Source of the DNA: an uncultured Planctomycetales bacterium
GTDB taxonomy: Bacteria > Planctomycetota > Phycisphaerae > SM23-33
Direction of reading: 5' to 3'
Length of the DNA stretch: 63,912 bases
Assembly: GCA_965602635.1 (NCBI GenBank)
Contig: CBFCZU010000002.1
Coordinates: 1-63,912, forward strand
Shown: positions 43,776 to 53,526 of the stretch, piece after piece
Layout of the letters: the number at the start of each line of letters is the position of its first letter
Numbering within the stretch: the stretch's first letter is position 1
The notes under the pieces: generated by a model
Databases searched by the model: none
Told to the model about the DNA's origin: nothing
The model's input: the letters and a program-made list of their open reading frames with translations, nothing else
Translations under genes and position numbers: made by a program

Positions 43776-45332
43776 ATGGCGGCTCAAGGAAGTTCGGCCG
43801 AGGCACACCCCCAGCAGCCGGTCGTCGCCTTCGACAACGAGAAGTACCTCGCCGAGCAGAGCGAGGCCATCCTGGAGCGGATCGGGCGCTTCGACAACAA
43901 GCTCTACCTGGAGTTCGGGGGCAAGCTGCTGTTCGACTATCACGCCGCCCGCGTGCTGCCGGGCTTCGACCCGAACGTGAAGATGCGCCTGCTTCAGAAG
44001 CTCAAAGACCAGGCGGACATCATCCTGTGCATCTACGCCGGGGACATCGAGCAGAAGAAGATGCGGGCCGACTTCGGCATCACCTACGACTCCGACGCCT
44101 TCAAGCTGATCGACGACCTGCGCGACTGGGGCCTGGAGGTCAAGGCGGTGGTGATCACGCGGTTCGCCGATCAGCCGGCGGCGATCGCCTTCGAGCAGAA
44201 GCTCACCCGCCGCGGGGTGCGGGTGCGCACGCACCGGCCGATCGAGGGCTACCCCGCCGACGTGGATCGGATCGTCTCCGACGCCGGCTACGGCGCCAAC
44301 CCGTACATCGAGACGAGCCGCCCGCTGGTGGTGGTCACCGCCCCGGGCCCGTGCAGCGGCAAGATGGCCACCTGCCTCTCGCAGATTTACCACGAGCACC
44401 AGCGCGGCATCACCGCCGGGTACGCCAAGTTCGAGACCTTCCCCATCTGGTCGCTGCCTCTGCGCCACCCGGTGAACGTCGCCTACGAGGCCGCCACCGC
44501 CGACCTGCACGACGTGAACATTATCGACCCGTTCCACCTGGAGGCCTACGACGAGCGGGCGGTCAACTACAACCGCGACGTGGAGGCCTTCCCGCTGCTC
44601 CAGCGGATCCTGGCGAGGATCACCGGCGGCGCGTCGGTTTACAACTCCCCCACCGACATGGGAGTCAACCACGCGGGCTCCGCCATCCTTGACGACGAGG
44701 CCGCCGGCGAGGCCGCCAGGCAGGAGATCATCCGCCGATACTTCCGCTACCGCTGCGAGTTCGCCATGGGAATGGGCCAGCAGCAGACCGTCGATCGCGT
44801 CGAGGTGCTTATGGAGGAGGTGGGCGTCCGGCCGGAAGACCGTCCCGTGGTCGTCCCCGCCCGCACCGCCGCCGAGGCCGCCCGGGACCGGGCGGACAAG
44901 GGCAACATGGGCATCTTCTGCGGAGCGGCCGTGCAACTCGCGGGCGGAAGGGTCGTCACGGGGCGGAACTCGCCCCTCCTGCACGCCGCCAGCAGCCTCA
45001 TACTCAGCGGCATCAAGGTCCTGGCCGAAATCCCGCCCCACCTGCACCTGCTCAGCCCCAACATCATCGAGTCCATCGCCGCCCTGAAGAAGGACGTCCT
45101 CAACCGCCAGAGCATCAGCCTGGACCTGGAGGAGACGCTGATCGCCCTGAGCATCAGCGCGACGACCAGCCCGACGGCCCGGCTGGCGATGGATCAGCTC
45201 AAGAAGCTCGCCGGCTGCGAGATGCACATGACCCACATCCCCACCCCCGGGGACGAGAAGGGCCTCCGCCAGCTCGGCGTCAACCTCACCTGCGACCCGG
45301 CCTTCGCCACGAACAAGCTGTTCGTCTCCTGA
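43776..45332 (+). CDS. DUF1846 / UPF0371 family protein
   Basis: KLYLEFGGKLLFDYHAARVLPGFDPN, VVVTAPGPCSGKMATC and GYAKFETFPIWSLPLRHPVNVAYEAATADLHDVNIIDPFHLEAY match the UPF0371 family as I recall it. GGAGGAG upstream of the ATG at 43776. Confidence 0.8.
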   Translation: MAAQGSSAEAHPQQPVVAFDNEKYLAEQSEAILERIGRFDNKLYLEFGGKLLFDYHAARVLPGFDPNVKMRLLQKLKDQADIILCIYAGDIEQKKMRADFGITYDSDAFKLIDDLRDWGLEVKAVVITRFADQPAAIAFEQKLTRRGVRVRTHRPIEGYPADVDRIVSDAGYGANPYIETSRPLVVVTAPGPCSGKMATCLSQIYHEHQRGITAGYAKFETFPIWSLPLRHPVNVAYEAATADLHDVNIIDPFHLEAYDERAVNYNRDVEAFPLLQRILARITGGASVYNSPTDMGVNHAGSAILDDEAAGEAARQEIIRRYFRYRCEFAMGMGQQQTVDRVEVLMEEVGVRPEDRPVVVPARTAAEAARDRADKGNMGIFCGAAVQLAGGRVVTGRNSPLLHAASSLILSGIKVLAEIPPHLHLLSPNIIESIAALKKDVLNRQSISLDLEETLIALSISATTSPTARLAMDQLKKLAGCEMHMTHIPTPGDEKGLRQLGVNLTCDPAFATNKLFVS

Positions 45333-45356
45333 GCGAAGACGGGTGTCCCTCTGCGA

Positions 45357-45391
45357 CTCCGGTTACCGCCCTGCCGGCGCCGGAGATTTTT
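45357..45391 (+). terminator. intrinsic-terminator-like hairpin with a T-run
   Basis: ctccgg(t)...(g)ccggag followed by ATTTTT. 25 nt after the DUF1846 stop. Confidence 0.45.
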
Positions 45392-45489
45392 CCAAGAAAA
45401 GTGAAAATGCCGCTTGCCGCCCGGCCGTTCCTACTATAGCATACGTACGTGGGTAATAATCGTAACTCCGGGCTTTGGAGCGCAAGCCA

Positions 45490-45867
45490 ATGGCAGAGCG
45501 ACTGGGACAGTTGCAGTTGCAGGTGATGGAAGTGGTCTGGCGACTGGGGCGGGCGACGGTGGCGCAGGTGCACGAGGCGCTGGCCGAGTCGCGGAAGATC
45601 GCCTACACGACCGTGCTGACCACGATGCGGGCACTGGAGCGGCGCGGCGTTGTCCGCCACGAGCAGGTTGGCAAGGCCTACGTGTACGAGCCGCTCGTCA
45701 GCCGGGAGAACTACGCCGCCAGCAGCGTCCACCGTCTGGTTGACGACCTGTTCGACGGCAGGCGCGAGAAGCTGCTGTGCCACCTGCTTGGGGCCGACCG
45801 CATCGGGCGATCCGAGCTGGCCAGCATCCGCCGAATGCTTCGATGCAGACACGGGGACAAGCAATGA
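45490..45867 (+). CDS. BlaI/MecI/CopY family transcriptional repressor
   Basis: LQLQVMEVVWRLGRATVAQVHEALAESRKIAYTTVLTTMRALERRGVV is a winged helix. The stop overlaps the next gene's ATG (ATGA, 45864-45867). Confidence 0.87.
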   Translation: MAERLGQLQLQVMEVVWRLGRATVAQVHEALAESRKIAYTTVLTTMRALERRGVVRHEQVGKAYVYEPLVSRENYAASSVHRLVDDLFDGRREKLLCHLLGADRIGRSELASIRRMLRCRHGDKQ

Positions 45868-48233
45868 AACCGGAAATCTTGCTCAACCTGGCCTGGGCCG
45901 TGTGGGCCTGGACGGCGGCGGTCACCGGTTGCGTCCTGCTCATGCGGCGAGCGCCGGCCGTGCTGCGCCGGCAGATCTGTCGCCTGGGCCTTATCGGCGT
46001 TCCGATCGCCATGCTGGGTGTCGGGCTTTGGCATTCGAACCGGCCGGGGGCCGGCCTGTGGGTCCGGCACGTTCACACCGCATCGGTTCGCGCTGCTCCC
46101 GAGCCGGCGCCGGAGCTGCCCGCAGTGGAGATCGCCTCGTTGCCTCCGGCAGCAGAGGATCTTTCCGACCCGAGTGGCGCCGCCTCGGAAGCCGACCATG
46201 CCGGTGGTGTCGCCACCCCGCCGCTGCCGGTCAAGCCGGAGGCACCCGCGCCTGCCCACGTCGTGCCGGCCGAGAGCCCCCGACCCCGCGCTCTCCCGGC
46301 CGCTGCGCCCCGCGTGCCCGCTGCGGCCCAGGCCAGCGAGCCGTGGCGGTGGCTGCTGTACCTGGCCGGGGGCGTCTCGCTGCTCATGCTGCTGACCCTG
46401 GCGGCGCGGCAGCTTCGGCTGGCTGTGTGGCGGCGGACGTGGCGCCCGGCCACGCCCGCGTGGCAGTCGCTGACCGCCCGGCTGGCGCGGCGCGTCGGCC
46501 TGCGCGGCCCCGTGCGGACGTTCATAGCCGAGCGCCTCAGCCAACCCGCCGCGGCGGGGATAATCCGACCCGCCGTGGTCCTGCCCGCACACCACGGCCA
46601 GACGCTGGGCCCGGCCCTTCGCGGCGTCCTGGCCCACGAGGTGGCGCACCTCCGCGGGCGCGATCCCCTGTGGAACCTCATCTCCGGCGCGGTGCTGGCC
46701 TGCGCGTGGTGGTGCCCGCTGGCCTGGTGGCTGCAGCGTCGCATGCGGATCGAGAGTGAGCTAACGGCCGACGACCACGCCCTGGCGGCCGGGGCCGCCC
46801 CAATGAGCCTGGCACAGACGCTTGCCCGCCTGGCTGAAGGCAGTTGCCCACGCACCGCAGTAGTCATGTCCCAAATGGCCTGCCATCTGAAAAGGAGAAT
46901 CAAAATGATGCTCAACGAGAGAATTCCCCACAGTCCCCGAAGCCCTCTCCGCTGGCGGCTGGGGCTTACGGCGGCTATGTGCCTGGTGTGCGCGGCGCTG
47001 ATCGTCACGCCGCTGGTGGGCGTTGTCGCCGCCCAGGACGCACAGCCCGCTGCCGTCGAGACCGGATCGACGACAGCCGAGCCAGACCCCGCAAACGTTC
47101 CGGGCGCTGCCAGGGAGACCGACAAGGGCCGTGCGACTGCCCGGCTGACTGGGAAACTGCGGCTTGACCGCAGCACCACGAAGCCTGGTCCAAGAAGGGT
47201 TGGGAAACATGAGGTCGTTTCGCTCCGGATCAGCGTCAAGGGCGACAGCGTGGTGATCGAAACCGGCGACGGCAAGCGGATCGAGGCCAAGGAGATTGTA
47301 GCTGTGAGCACGTCGGATGCTGGCAAGACAGCCTTCACGGTAGGAAAGCGCGGCGACCGAGCCTTTATCGTCTCCTCCCTTCCCGCGCTCGATACGCGTA
47401 TGCGTAGGACGGGGCGAGCCCCGGCGCGCCCGCAAGAGGTGAGGATATTCCGGCTCAAGCACGCTAACGCTCGTGAGATAGAGCAAATCGTGGGGACGCT
47501 GTTCACGGGCGATCGGGGCCCGAGGGTCGTGCGCCAGGAGCGGACCAACGCGGTTGTCGTGACGGGAACCGGGGCCGAGATGGCGCTGATGGCAACGCTG
47601 CTCGAGCAGCTTGACGTGCCGGGCCAGCCGTCGGACGAGCCGGCTGCTCAGAAACGGGTGATGAAGGTCTACGCGCTGAAGCACGCCAGGGCAGTTGACT
47701 TGGCGCACATGATGGCGATCCCGTTCGGGGCCGGGCGCGGCGGCCGCGGAATGTTCGGGGGCACGGGCACGGGCATACTGCAAATCACCCCGGATTCTCG
47801 GACCAACACGATCGTCGTGGCGGGAGCAGAGGACGATATCAAGAAGATGGAGGAGCTGCTTGTAAAGCTGGACGTCCTGGGCCGCGCCGAGGCCCCTGGC
47901 GCGAAGGGCGCGGCCACCGAAGGCACCGGACGGCGACGGCCGGCGGTCGGAGACCCACAACTTCGCGCGCTGCACTACGCGGCCGAGAGGCGGGTCATCG
48001 ACTTCGAGGCCAATCTCAGACTGGCCCAGCTGCTCCTTTCGCGGGCGCAGAAGGCCCATAAGAAGGACGCTTCGAAAGCCGACGAGGTCGAGGCCGCCAA
48101 GATCCAGCTCGATGCGGCCAAGAGGAAGCTCGACTCGGCCATGGAGGAGCTCAAGGAGCTTCAGCAGATGGCGGGCAAGCCGGCGCGGCCAGCCACACGC
48201 GTACCATCCCGCAGTGTCGGTGGCACCAGGTGA
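45864..48233 (+). CDS. BlaR1-like M56 membrane metalloprotease sensor with two secretin-N-like modules and a C-terminal coiled coil
   Basis: HEXXH in VLAHEVAHLRGRDPLWN. Several TM helices. The modules begin VRIFRLKHANAREIEQIV and VMKVYALKHARAVDLAHMM; their later segments are RTNAVVVTG...LLEQLD and RTNTIVVAG...LLVKLD. The tail is Lys/Ala/Glu-rich. Confidence 0.83.
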   Translation: MKPEILLNLAWAVWAWTAAVTGCVLLMRRAPAVLRRQICRLGLIGVPIAMLGVGLWHSNRPGAGLWVRHVHTASVRAAPEPAPELPAVEIASLPPAAEDLSDPSGAASEADHAGGVATPPLPVKPEAPAPAHVVPAESPRPRALPAAAPRVPAAAQASEPWRWLLYLAGGVSLLMLLTLAARQLRLAVWRRTWRPATPAWQSLTARLARRVGLRGPVRTFIAERLSQPAAAGIIRPAVVLPAHHGQTLGPALRGVLAHEVAHLRGRDPLWNLISGAVLACAWWCPLAWWLQRRMRIESELTADDHALAAGAAPMSLAQTLARLAEGSCPRTAVVMSQMACHLKRRIKMMLNERIPHSPRSPLRWRLGLTAAMCLVCAALIVTPLVGVVAAQDAQPAAVETGSTTAEPDPANVPGAARETDKGRATARLTGKLRLDRSTTKPGPRRVGKHEVVSLRISVKGDSVVIETGDGKRIEAKEIVAVSTSDAGKTAFTVGKRGDRAFIVSSLPALDTRMRRTGRAPARPQEVRIFRLKHANAREIEQIVGTLFTGDRGPRVVRQERTNAVVVTGTGAEMALMATLLEQLDVPGQPSDEPAAQKRVMKVYALKHARAVDLAHMMAIPFGAGRGGRGMFGGTGTGILQITPDSRTNTIVVAGAEDDIKKMEELLVKLDVLGRAEAPGAKGAATEGTGRRRPAVGDPQLRALHYAAERRVIDFEANLRLAQLLLSRAQKAHKKDASKADEVEAAKIQLDAAKRKLDSAMEELKELQQMAGKPARPATRVPSRSVGGTR

Positions 48234-48389
48234 GCGGGCGCCGCCTCGCGGGCGCGAGCTGGGACTTGTCCGCACTTGACCGCGGGTGCGAGGGGGTATA
48301 GAGTCTGGCCGTCGCGGCCGGGGGCGGCCGGGCTGATGGGGTCAGCATCGCCGCCCGTCCCGCGGGCGCCGAATCGAAGGGAGTCGATA

Positions 48390-48911
48390 ATGGAATGCCC
48401 CAACTGTCAGGCCCAGTTGTCCGCGATCACCTACGAAGGCATCCAGCTCGAGAGCTGCCCGTCCTGCGGCGGCGAGTGGCTGGAAGGCGACGAGCTGGGC
48501 AAGATCGTCCGCCTCCGCCAGCAGCGGTTCAGCAAGCAGGAGCAGCAGGCCATCGCCAAGGCCGAGCCCGTCACCGGCATCAAGCTCGCCGACGTCGACC
48601 GCGACCTGGCCTGCCCCAAGTGCGGCGGCACCACCGACGCGCTGCACTACGCCATGGACACCGGCATCATCATCGACCGCTGCACCGCCTGCCACGGCCT
48701 GTGGCTGGGCGGGGGCGAGCTGGAAAAGGTTCAGATGCTCATGGAGGCCTGGGAGGCCAAGCTGCCCGAGGACCTGAAGAAGCTGGGCCCGCGAATGCGC
48801 GAGATCGCCGCGGAGGTCGAGGCCGCCGACGACGTGGAACCCAGCCGGATTCCCTTCGTCGGCCGATACATCAACCTGTTCATCAACGGCGTTCTGGACA
48901 TCATGCCCTGA
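48390..48911 (+). CDS. protein with two TFIIB-type zinc ribbons (zf-TFIIB-like)
   Basis: CPNCQAQL...CPSCGGEWLEGDELGKIV and CPKCGG...CTACHGLWLGGGELEKV. GAAGGGAG upstream of the ATG at 48390. Confidence 0.75.
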   Translation: MECPNCQAQLSAITYEGIQLESCPSCGGEWLEGDELGKIVRLRQQRFSKQEQQAIAKAEPVTGIKLADVDRDLACPKCGGTTDALHYAMDTGIIIDRCTACHGLWLGGGELEKVQMLMEAWEAKLPEDLKKLGPRMREIAAEVEAADDVEPSRIPFVGRYINLFINGVLDIMP

Positions 48912-49056
48912 GCACCGCCAGTAGCGGCATGGCCGGCCGATTTGTGCTTGCCCGATCGCCCATCGCGGACAACAATTACTGCTGGCGGGGACGGTGACAA
49001 TTCAATCTTGGCGGCTGGGAGTGCCGGGTGAGGCGGCCGCGCGGAAGGGAAAGCCA

Positions 49057-50949
49057 ATGAACCCCTTCAAGCTCCTGAAGAAGCTGGCGAAGCTGCTGCG
49101 CGGCGGGGCCGGCACCTGGGAAATCTTCACCGGATGCCTGCTGGGCATGATCATCGGGATGACCCCCGGGTTCAACATGACCATCGTCATCGCAGTGGTC
49201 CTGCTGCTGGTGCTCAACGCCCACATGGCCCTGGCGCTGACCGCCCTGGCCATCGGCAAGATCCTCTGCCTGGCCCTGGCGCCCGTCACCTTCGAGATCG
49301 GCTACGTCCTGGTCCACGGCATCGGCCTGGAGGGGCTCTTCCACACGCTCTCCCAGACGCCGGTTCTGGCGCTGATGAATCTGCATTACTACTGCCTGGT
49401 GGGCGGGCTGCCGATCGCCCTGGTTCTGGGCTGTGCGATGGGCTGGTCCGTCGCCCGCGTGGTGCGGCTGGCCCGGGCGGCGATCCTCGCGGGCGGCGAG
49501 CGGAGCGAGCGGTTCCGCAAGCTCAGCGGCAACGTCGTCGTCCGCATCATCCTCCGCCTGGCATTCGGCAAGCAGAAGAAGTCCATCGCCGAGGTCCTCG
49601 ATGCCAAGCGCCCCCTCTTCCGCAAGGCGGGCGTCGTCGTCTGCGCGATCCTGCTGGCCGGCGTGCTGGTCTTCGAATACGTCTATGCCGACCGGCTCGC
49701 CAAGGCCGGGCTCAAGGCCGGCGCGGAGGCCGCCGTCGGGGCCGAGGTCAACGTCGACAGCGTGAAACTCTCGCTGTTGGGCGGGCGGATCAAGGTCACC
49801 GGCCTGCAAGTGACCGACCCCGACAAGTCCACGCACAACCTCGTGCAGATCGACGCCCTGGAGGGCAACGTTTCCGTCTCCAGCCTGCTCGCGCGGCGGC
49901 TGGTCCTGGAGAAGATCCACATCGGCCGCATCGCCCGCGACGTGAAGCGCGCCACTCCCGGGGAGGTCTTCGAGAAGACCGAGCGCCCACCGCCGAAGGT
50001 GCCCGAGGTGACCATCAGCGACTACTTCGAGGACGCCGAGAAAGTTCCCGAGTATCTCCGCAAGCTCAAGGACTACCTCGACGAGCGCGAGGAAGGCCGA
50101 GAGGAGACGCAGCAGCCCGTCAACAAGACCGACGTCAAGGAGGAGGCCCGGCTGAGGGGCTACCTGAAGCTCTCGGCTGACACCGTGCTGGCGAAGCGCC
50201 CGGTTGTGACCATCCGCCGGCTCCAGATAGACAAGGTGCAGGTCGGGGACGCCGGCACCTTCAGCATCGTCGGCGAGGAGATCAGCGAGGCGCCGGAGCT
50301 CAACGACCGCCCGATGAAACTGACGGTAACCGACGAGAAGGGCTTCCTCGGCGAGGTGGTGCTGAACTTCACGGGCGAGAAGCCGCGGCACAGCATCCGG
50401 CTCGAGGCCCCGGGGGTTCCGCTGGGCGGCGCTATCCGCGTCTCCAAGCGGGTGCCGCTGGACATCTCCAACGCCCGCGCCGACATCGCGGCGGCCGGCG
50501 AGTTCACGTCCGATACGATCGACCTGCCCATTGTGATCCAGCTCCGCGACGTGAAGGCAAACGCCCGCGGCGGGCGCGGCTTCCTGGGCCTGGACCCGGC
50601 CACCGCCTCAACGGTGTTCAAGCAGGTCTCCAATATGAAGATCGTCTGCGGGCTGAGGGGCCCACTGGCCGGTCCGCAGCCGTGGGTGGATGAGAAGGCG
50701 CTCATGGAAGGCCTGAAGGAGACCCTCGCCAAGGCCGGCAAGAGCGCCCTGTCAGACATGGTCGGCAAGCAGGCCGACAAGCTCGTCGGCAAGGACATCC
50801 TCCCGTCCGGCAAGGGCCCCCTGGGCGACCTGCTGAAAGGCACCGGAGGTCTGCTCAAGCCTGGCGGGAGCAAGGATAGCAAGCCCGGCGAGACGACCAC
50901 CAAGCCCGCGAGCCTGCGCGACCGGCTGCCCAGCGGCCTGCTGCCTTAG
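49057..50949 (+). CDS. large membrane protein: polytopic N-terminal module fused to an AsmA-like beta-rich domain (possibly a TIGR03546/TIGR03545 fusion)
   Basis: MNPFKLLKKLAKLLRGGAGTWEIFTGCLLGMIIGMTPGFN..., four hydrophobic helices, a further TM, about 400 aa of soluble domain and a Lys/Gly/Pro-rich tail. The family assignment is from memory only. Confidence 0.6.
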   Translation: MNPFKLLKKLAKLLRGGAGTWEIFTGCLLGMIIGMTPGFNMTIVIAVVLLLVLNAHMALALTALAIGKILCLALAPVTFEIGYVLVHGIGLEGLFHTLSQTPVLALMNLHYYCLVGGLPIALVLGCAMGWSVARVVRLARAAILAGGERSERFRKLSGNVVVRIILRLAFGKQKKSIAEVLDAKRPLFRKAGVVVCAILLAGVLVFEYVYADRLAKAGLKAGAEAAVGAEVNVDSVKLSLLGGRIKVTGLQVTDPDKSTHNLVQIDALEGNVSVSSLLARRLVLEKIHIGRIARDVKRATPGEVFEKTERPPPKVPEVTISDYFEDAEKVPEYLRKLKDYLDEREEGREETQQPVNKTDVKEEARLRGYLKLSADTVLAKRPVVTIRRLQIDKVQVGDAGTFSIVGEEISEAPELNDRPMKLTVTDEKGFLGEVVLNFTGEKPRHSIRLEAPGVPLGGAIRVSKRVPLDISNARADIAAAGEFTSDTIDLPIVIQLRDVKANARGGRGFLGLDPATASTVFKQVSNMKIVCGLRGPLAGPQPWVDEKALMEGLKETLAKAGKSALSDMVGKQADKLVGKDILPSGKGPLGDLLKGTGGLLKPGGSKDSKPGETTTKPASLRDRLPSGLLP

Positions 50950-50959
50950 CCCGGCCCGA

Positions 50960-51961
50960 TCACAGCAGCGGGATGCCCGCCTCGCGGCAGGTGTCGATGA
51001 CATCCTGCGGCCAGAGGCCCACCTGCACCTCGCCGACGTGGGCCTTCTGGAGCAGCAGCATGCACAGCCGCGACTGGCCGATCCCCCCACCCACCGACTG
51101 CGGCAGCTCGCCCGAAAGCAGCATCTTGTGCCAGGGCAACTCCGTGCGGTCCATGCAGCCACGGATCTCCAACTGCCTGAGCATCGTTTCGGGATCGACG
51201 CGGATGCCCATCGACGAGAGCTCGAAGGGGATCTCCAGCAGCGGGTTCCAGACGAATATGTCGCCGTTGAGTCCGCCGGTCCCCGCCCCGGTGGGCGTGG
51301 TCCAGTCGTCGTAGTCGGGCGCCCGCCCGTCGTGGATTGTCCCGTCCGGCAGTTCGCCGCCGATGCCGATAAGGAACACGGCCCCGTGCTCCCTGCAGGC
51401 GGCCGCCTCTCGCTCCCAACTGCTCGCGTCGGGGTACTGTCGGGACAGGTCCTCGGTGTGCACGAAGGCGATCTCGTCCGGCAGGAATGGCTTCAGTGCG
51501 GGGAACTTCCCCGCCGCCGCCTCCTCCGACTCCTTCAGCGCCGCGTGGATGTCCCGGACGATGGCCTTGAGGCAGTCGAGGTTGCGGTCGGCCGGCGCGA
51601 TCACACGCTCCCAATCCCACTGGTCAACGTAGATTGAGTGGAGGTTGTCCAGCTCCTCCTCGTCCGGGCGGATGGCGTTCATGTCGGTGTAGAGCCCCTC
51701 GCCCAGGCCGAAGCCGTACTTGGCCAGTGCCAGCCGCTTCCACTTCGCCAGCGAATGGACGATCTCGCACTCCGCCTCGCCCGCGCCCTTGACGCGAAAT
51801 CGTATCGGGCGCTCGACGCCGTTGAGGTTGTCCTGGACGCCGCTGTCCGACCGCACGAACAGCGGGGCCGTCACGCGGCGCAGGTTCAGGCGCCGGGCGA
51901 GGGTCCGCTCGAAGTGGTCCTTGACGAACTTGATGGCCAGCTCGGTCTCGTGGATGTCCAT
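50960..51961 (-). CDS. asnA: aspartate--ammonia ligase (asparagine synthetase A)
   Basis: LAIKFVKDHFERTLARRLNLRRVTAPLFVRSDSGVQDNLNGVERPI, HSIYVDQWDWERVI and GGGIGQSRLCMLLLQKAHVGEVQ. Confidence 0.92.
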   Translation of the reverse strand: MDIHETELAIKFVKDHFERTLARRLNLRRVTAPLFVRSDSGVQDNLNGVERPIRFRVKGAGEAECEIVHSLAKWKRLALAKYGFGLGEGLYTDMNAIRPDEEELDNLHSIYVDQWDWERVIAPADRNLDCLKAIVRDIHAALKESEEAAAGKFPALKPFLPDEIAFVHTEDLSRQYPDASSWEREAAACREHGAVFLIGIGGELPDGTIHDGRAPDYDDWTTPTGAGTGGLNGDIFVWNPLLEIPFELSSMGIRVDPETMLRQLEIRGCMDRTELPWHKMLLSGELPQSVGGGIGQSRLCMLLLQKAHVGEVQVGLWPQDVIDTCREAGIPLL

Positions 51962-52195
51962 CGCCGGCCTGTAGCCTTGGGGCACGATCGTGCTCAAGGG
52001 CGTCTCTCCTGCCCGCCGGAAATCCTTCAGTGCACAACAGTTTTCGCCGCAACGCGTTGCGGTAGCCACCTCCACCCGGCTCAGCCTAACCGGCTATATC
52101 CACGGACGCAAGGTTCCGACCACCTCGCCGCGGCGCCGCCTTGCGGGCCGGCAGGGCGAGCGGATACACTTACCCGGCTTTTCCAGGAGACGCAC

Positions 52196-53368
52196 ATGAA
52201 CTCGCGCGAGCGCATGCTCACGGCAATCAGCGGCGGCAAGGGCGACCGGGTCCCGCTTTCCTTCATGATCTTCAGGGCGCTGGCGGCCAAGACCAGCGGT
52301 TGGCGGGATTTCGTCGAGACGTCGCTGTCGATGGGCCTCGACGCAATCGTGGACCTGAAGGAGATCATCCCGCCGGGCGGCGAGGACCAGGGAGACGCGC
52401 TGGGCTTGCCGGTGCGACTCGGCCCGGACGTGTCGGTCCGCGAGTGGCGCGAGCCCCCGGCCGGGCGACCGTACCCCCTGCTGCACAAGGAGTACGCCAC
52501 GCCGGACGGCACCCTCTCGGTCGTCGTCAGGCAGACCGACGACTGGCCACACGGTAACCACGTTCCCTTCCTGGACGATTACATCGAGCCGCGGGCCGAG
52601 AAGTCGTTGGTCAACTCCGCGGAAGACCTGCCCGCCCTGAAGCACCTGCTGACCGAGCCGACGGACGAGGACATCCGCCGCTGCCGGGAGGCGTGGAAGG
52701 CGCCCAAGCAATTCGCCGCCGACCGCGGGCTGCTGCTGGCGGCCGGATGGGGAATCGCCGCCGACGCGACCGCCTGGCTCAGCGGGCTGACCAACACGGT
52801 CATGGCCGCCGTGGACCGGCCGGAGTTCCTCGAAGCGCTGCTCGATGTCATCGGCGCATGGAACCGCCGCCGCATGGAGATCATGCTGGCCGAGGGCGTG
52901 GACCTGTTCGTTCGCCGCGGGTGGTACGAGGGGACGAGCTTCTGGTCGCCCGGGCTCTACCGGCGCTTCCTGCTGCCCCGCCTGATCGAAGAGGTGGAGC
53001 TGGCCCACCAGGCGGGAGCCAAGTTCGGATACATCATGAGCGTCGGGTCGCTCCAGTTCGCCGACATCCTGGCCGAGTCGGGCGTGGACGTGGTCCTTGG
53101 CGTCGAGGACGTGCAGGACCGCGGCATGGACCTGGCGGCGCTGAAGGCGAAGACGCGCGGAAAGGCCGCGCTCTGGGGCGGGGTCAACGGCTTCGTCACG
53201 ATCGAGCGCGGCTCCGACGACGAGATACGCGCTGCCACGACCCGCGCGCTCGAGGCGCTCGGGCCCGACGGGTTCATCCTCTCGCCGGTGGACAACATCC
53301 GCGACACCTCCGCCGAGGTCTGGCGCAAGGTGGAGCTGTTCATCGACACGTGGAAAGAGCAGGCATAG
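52196..53368 (+). CDS. URO-D family protein
   Basis: MNSRERMLTAISGGKGDRVPLSFM... and a C-terminal GFILSPVDNI. AGGAGA upstream. The ORF-track start at 51638 lies antisense to asnA and is rejected. Confidence 0.72.
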   Translation: MNSRERMLTAISGGKGDRVPLSFMIFRALAAKTSGWRDFVETSLSMGLDAIVDLKEIIPPGGEDQGDALGLPVRLGPDVSVREWREPPAGRPYPLLHKEYATPDGTLSVVVRQTDDWPHGNHVPFLDDYIEPRAEKSLVNSAEDLPALKHLLTEPTDEDIRRCREAWKAPKQFAADRGLLLAAGWGIAADATAWLSGLTNTVMAAVDRPEFLEALLDVIGAWNRRRMEIMLAEGVDLFVRRGWYEGTSFWSPGLYRRFLLPRLIEEVELAHQAGAKFGYIMSVGSLQFADILAESGVDVVLGVEDVQDRGMDLAALKAKTRGKAALWGGVNGFVTIERGSDDEIRAATTRALEALGPDGFILSPVDNIRDTSAEVWRKVELFIDTWKEQA

Positions 53369-53526
53369 CCGCCCTGCGCCCCGCCGGCCGATGGGTCTTC
53401 TTTCGCGCCGGGGGCGTGGAATCCGCGCTTGCCCGGGCCTCCCGCGCCTGCGAGAATCGCCACTGCCCGGCCGCGGCGGTCGTGGCCGCAAGTCTATCCG
53501 GGAAACGTCCGGTGAAAGGGCAAGAC

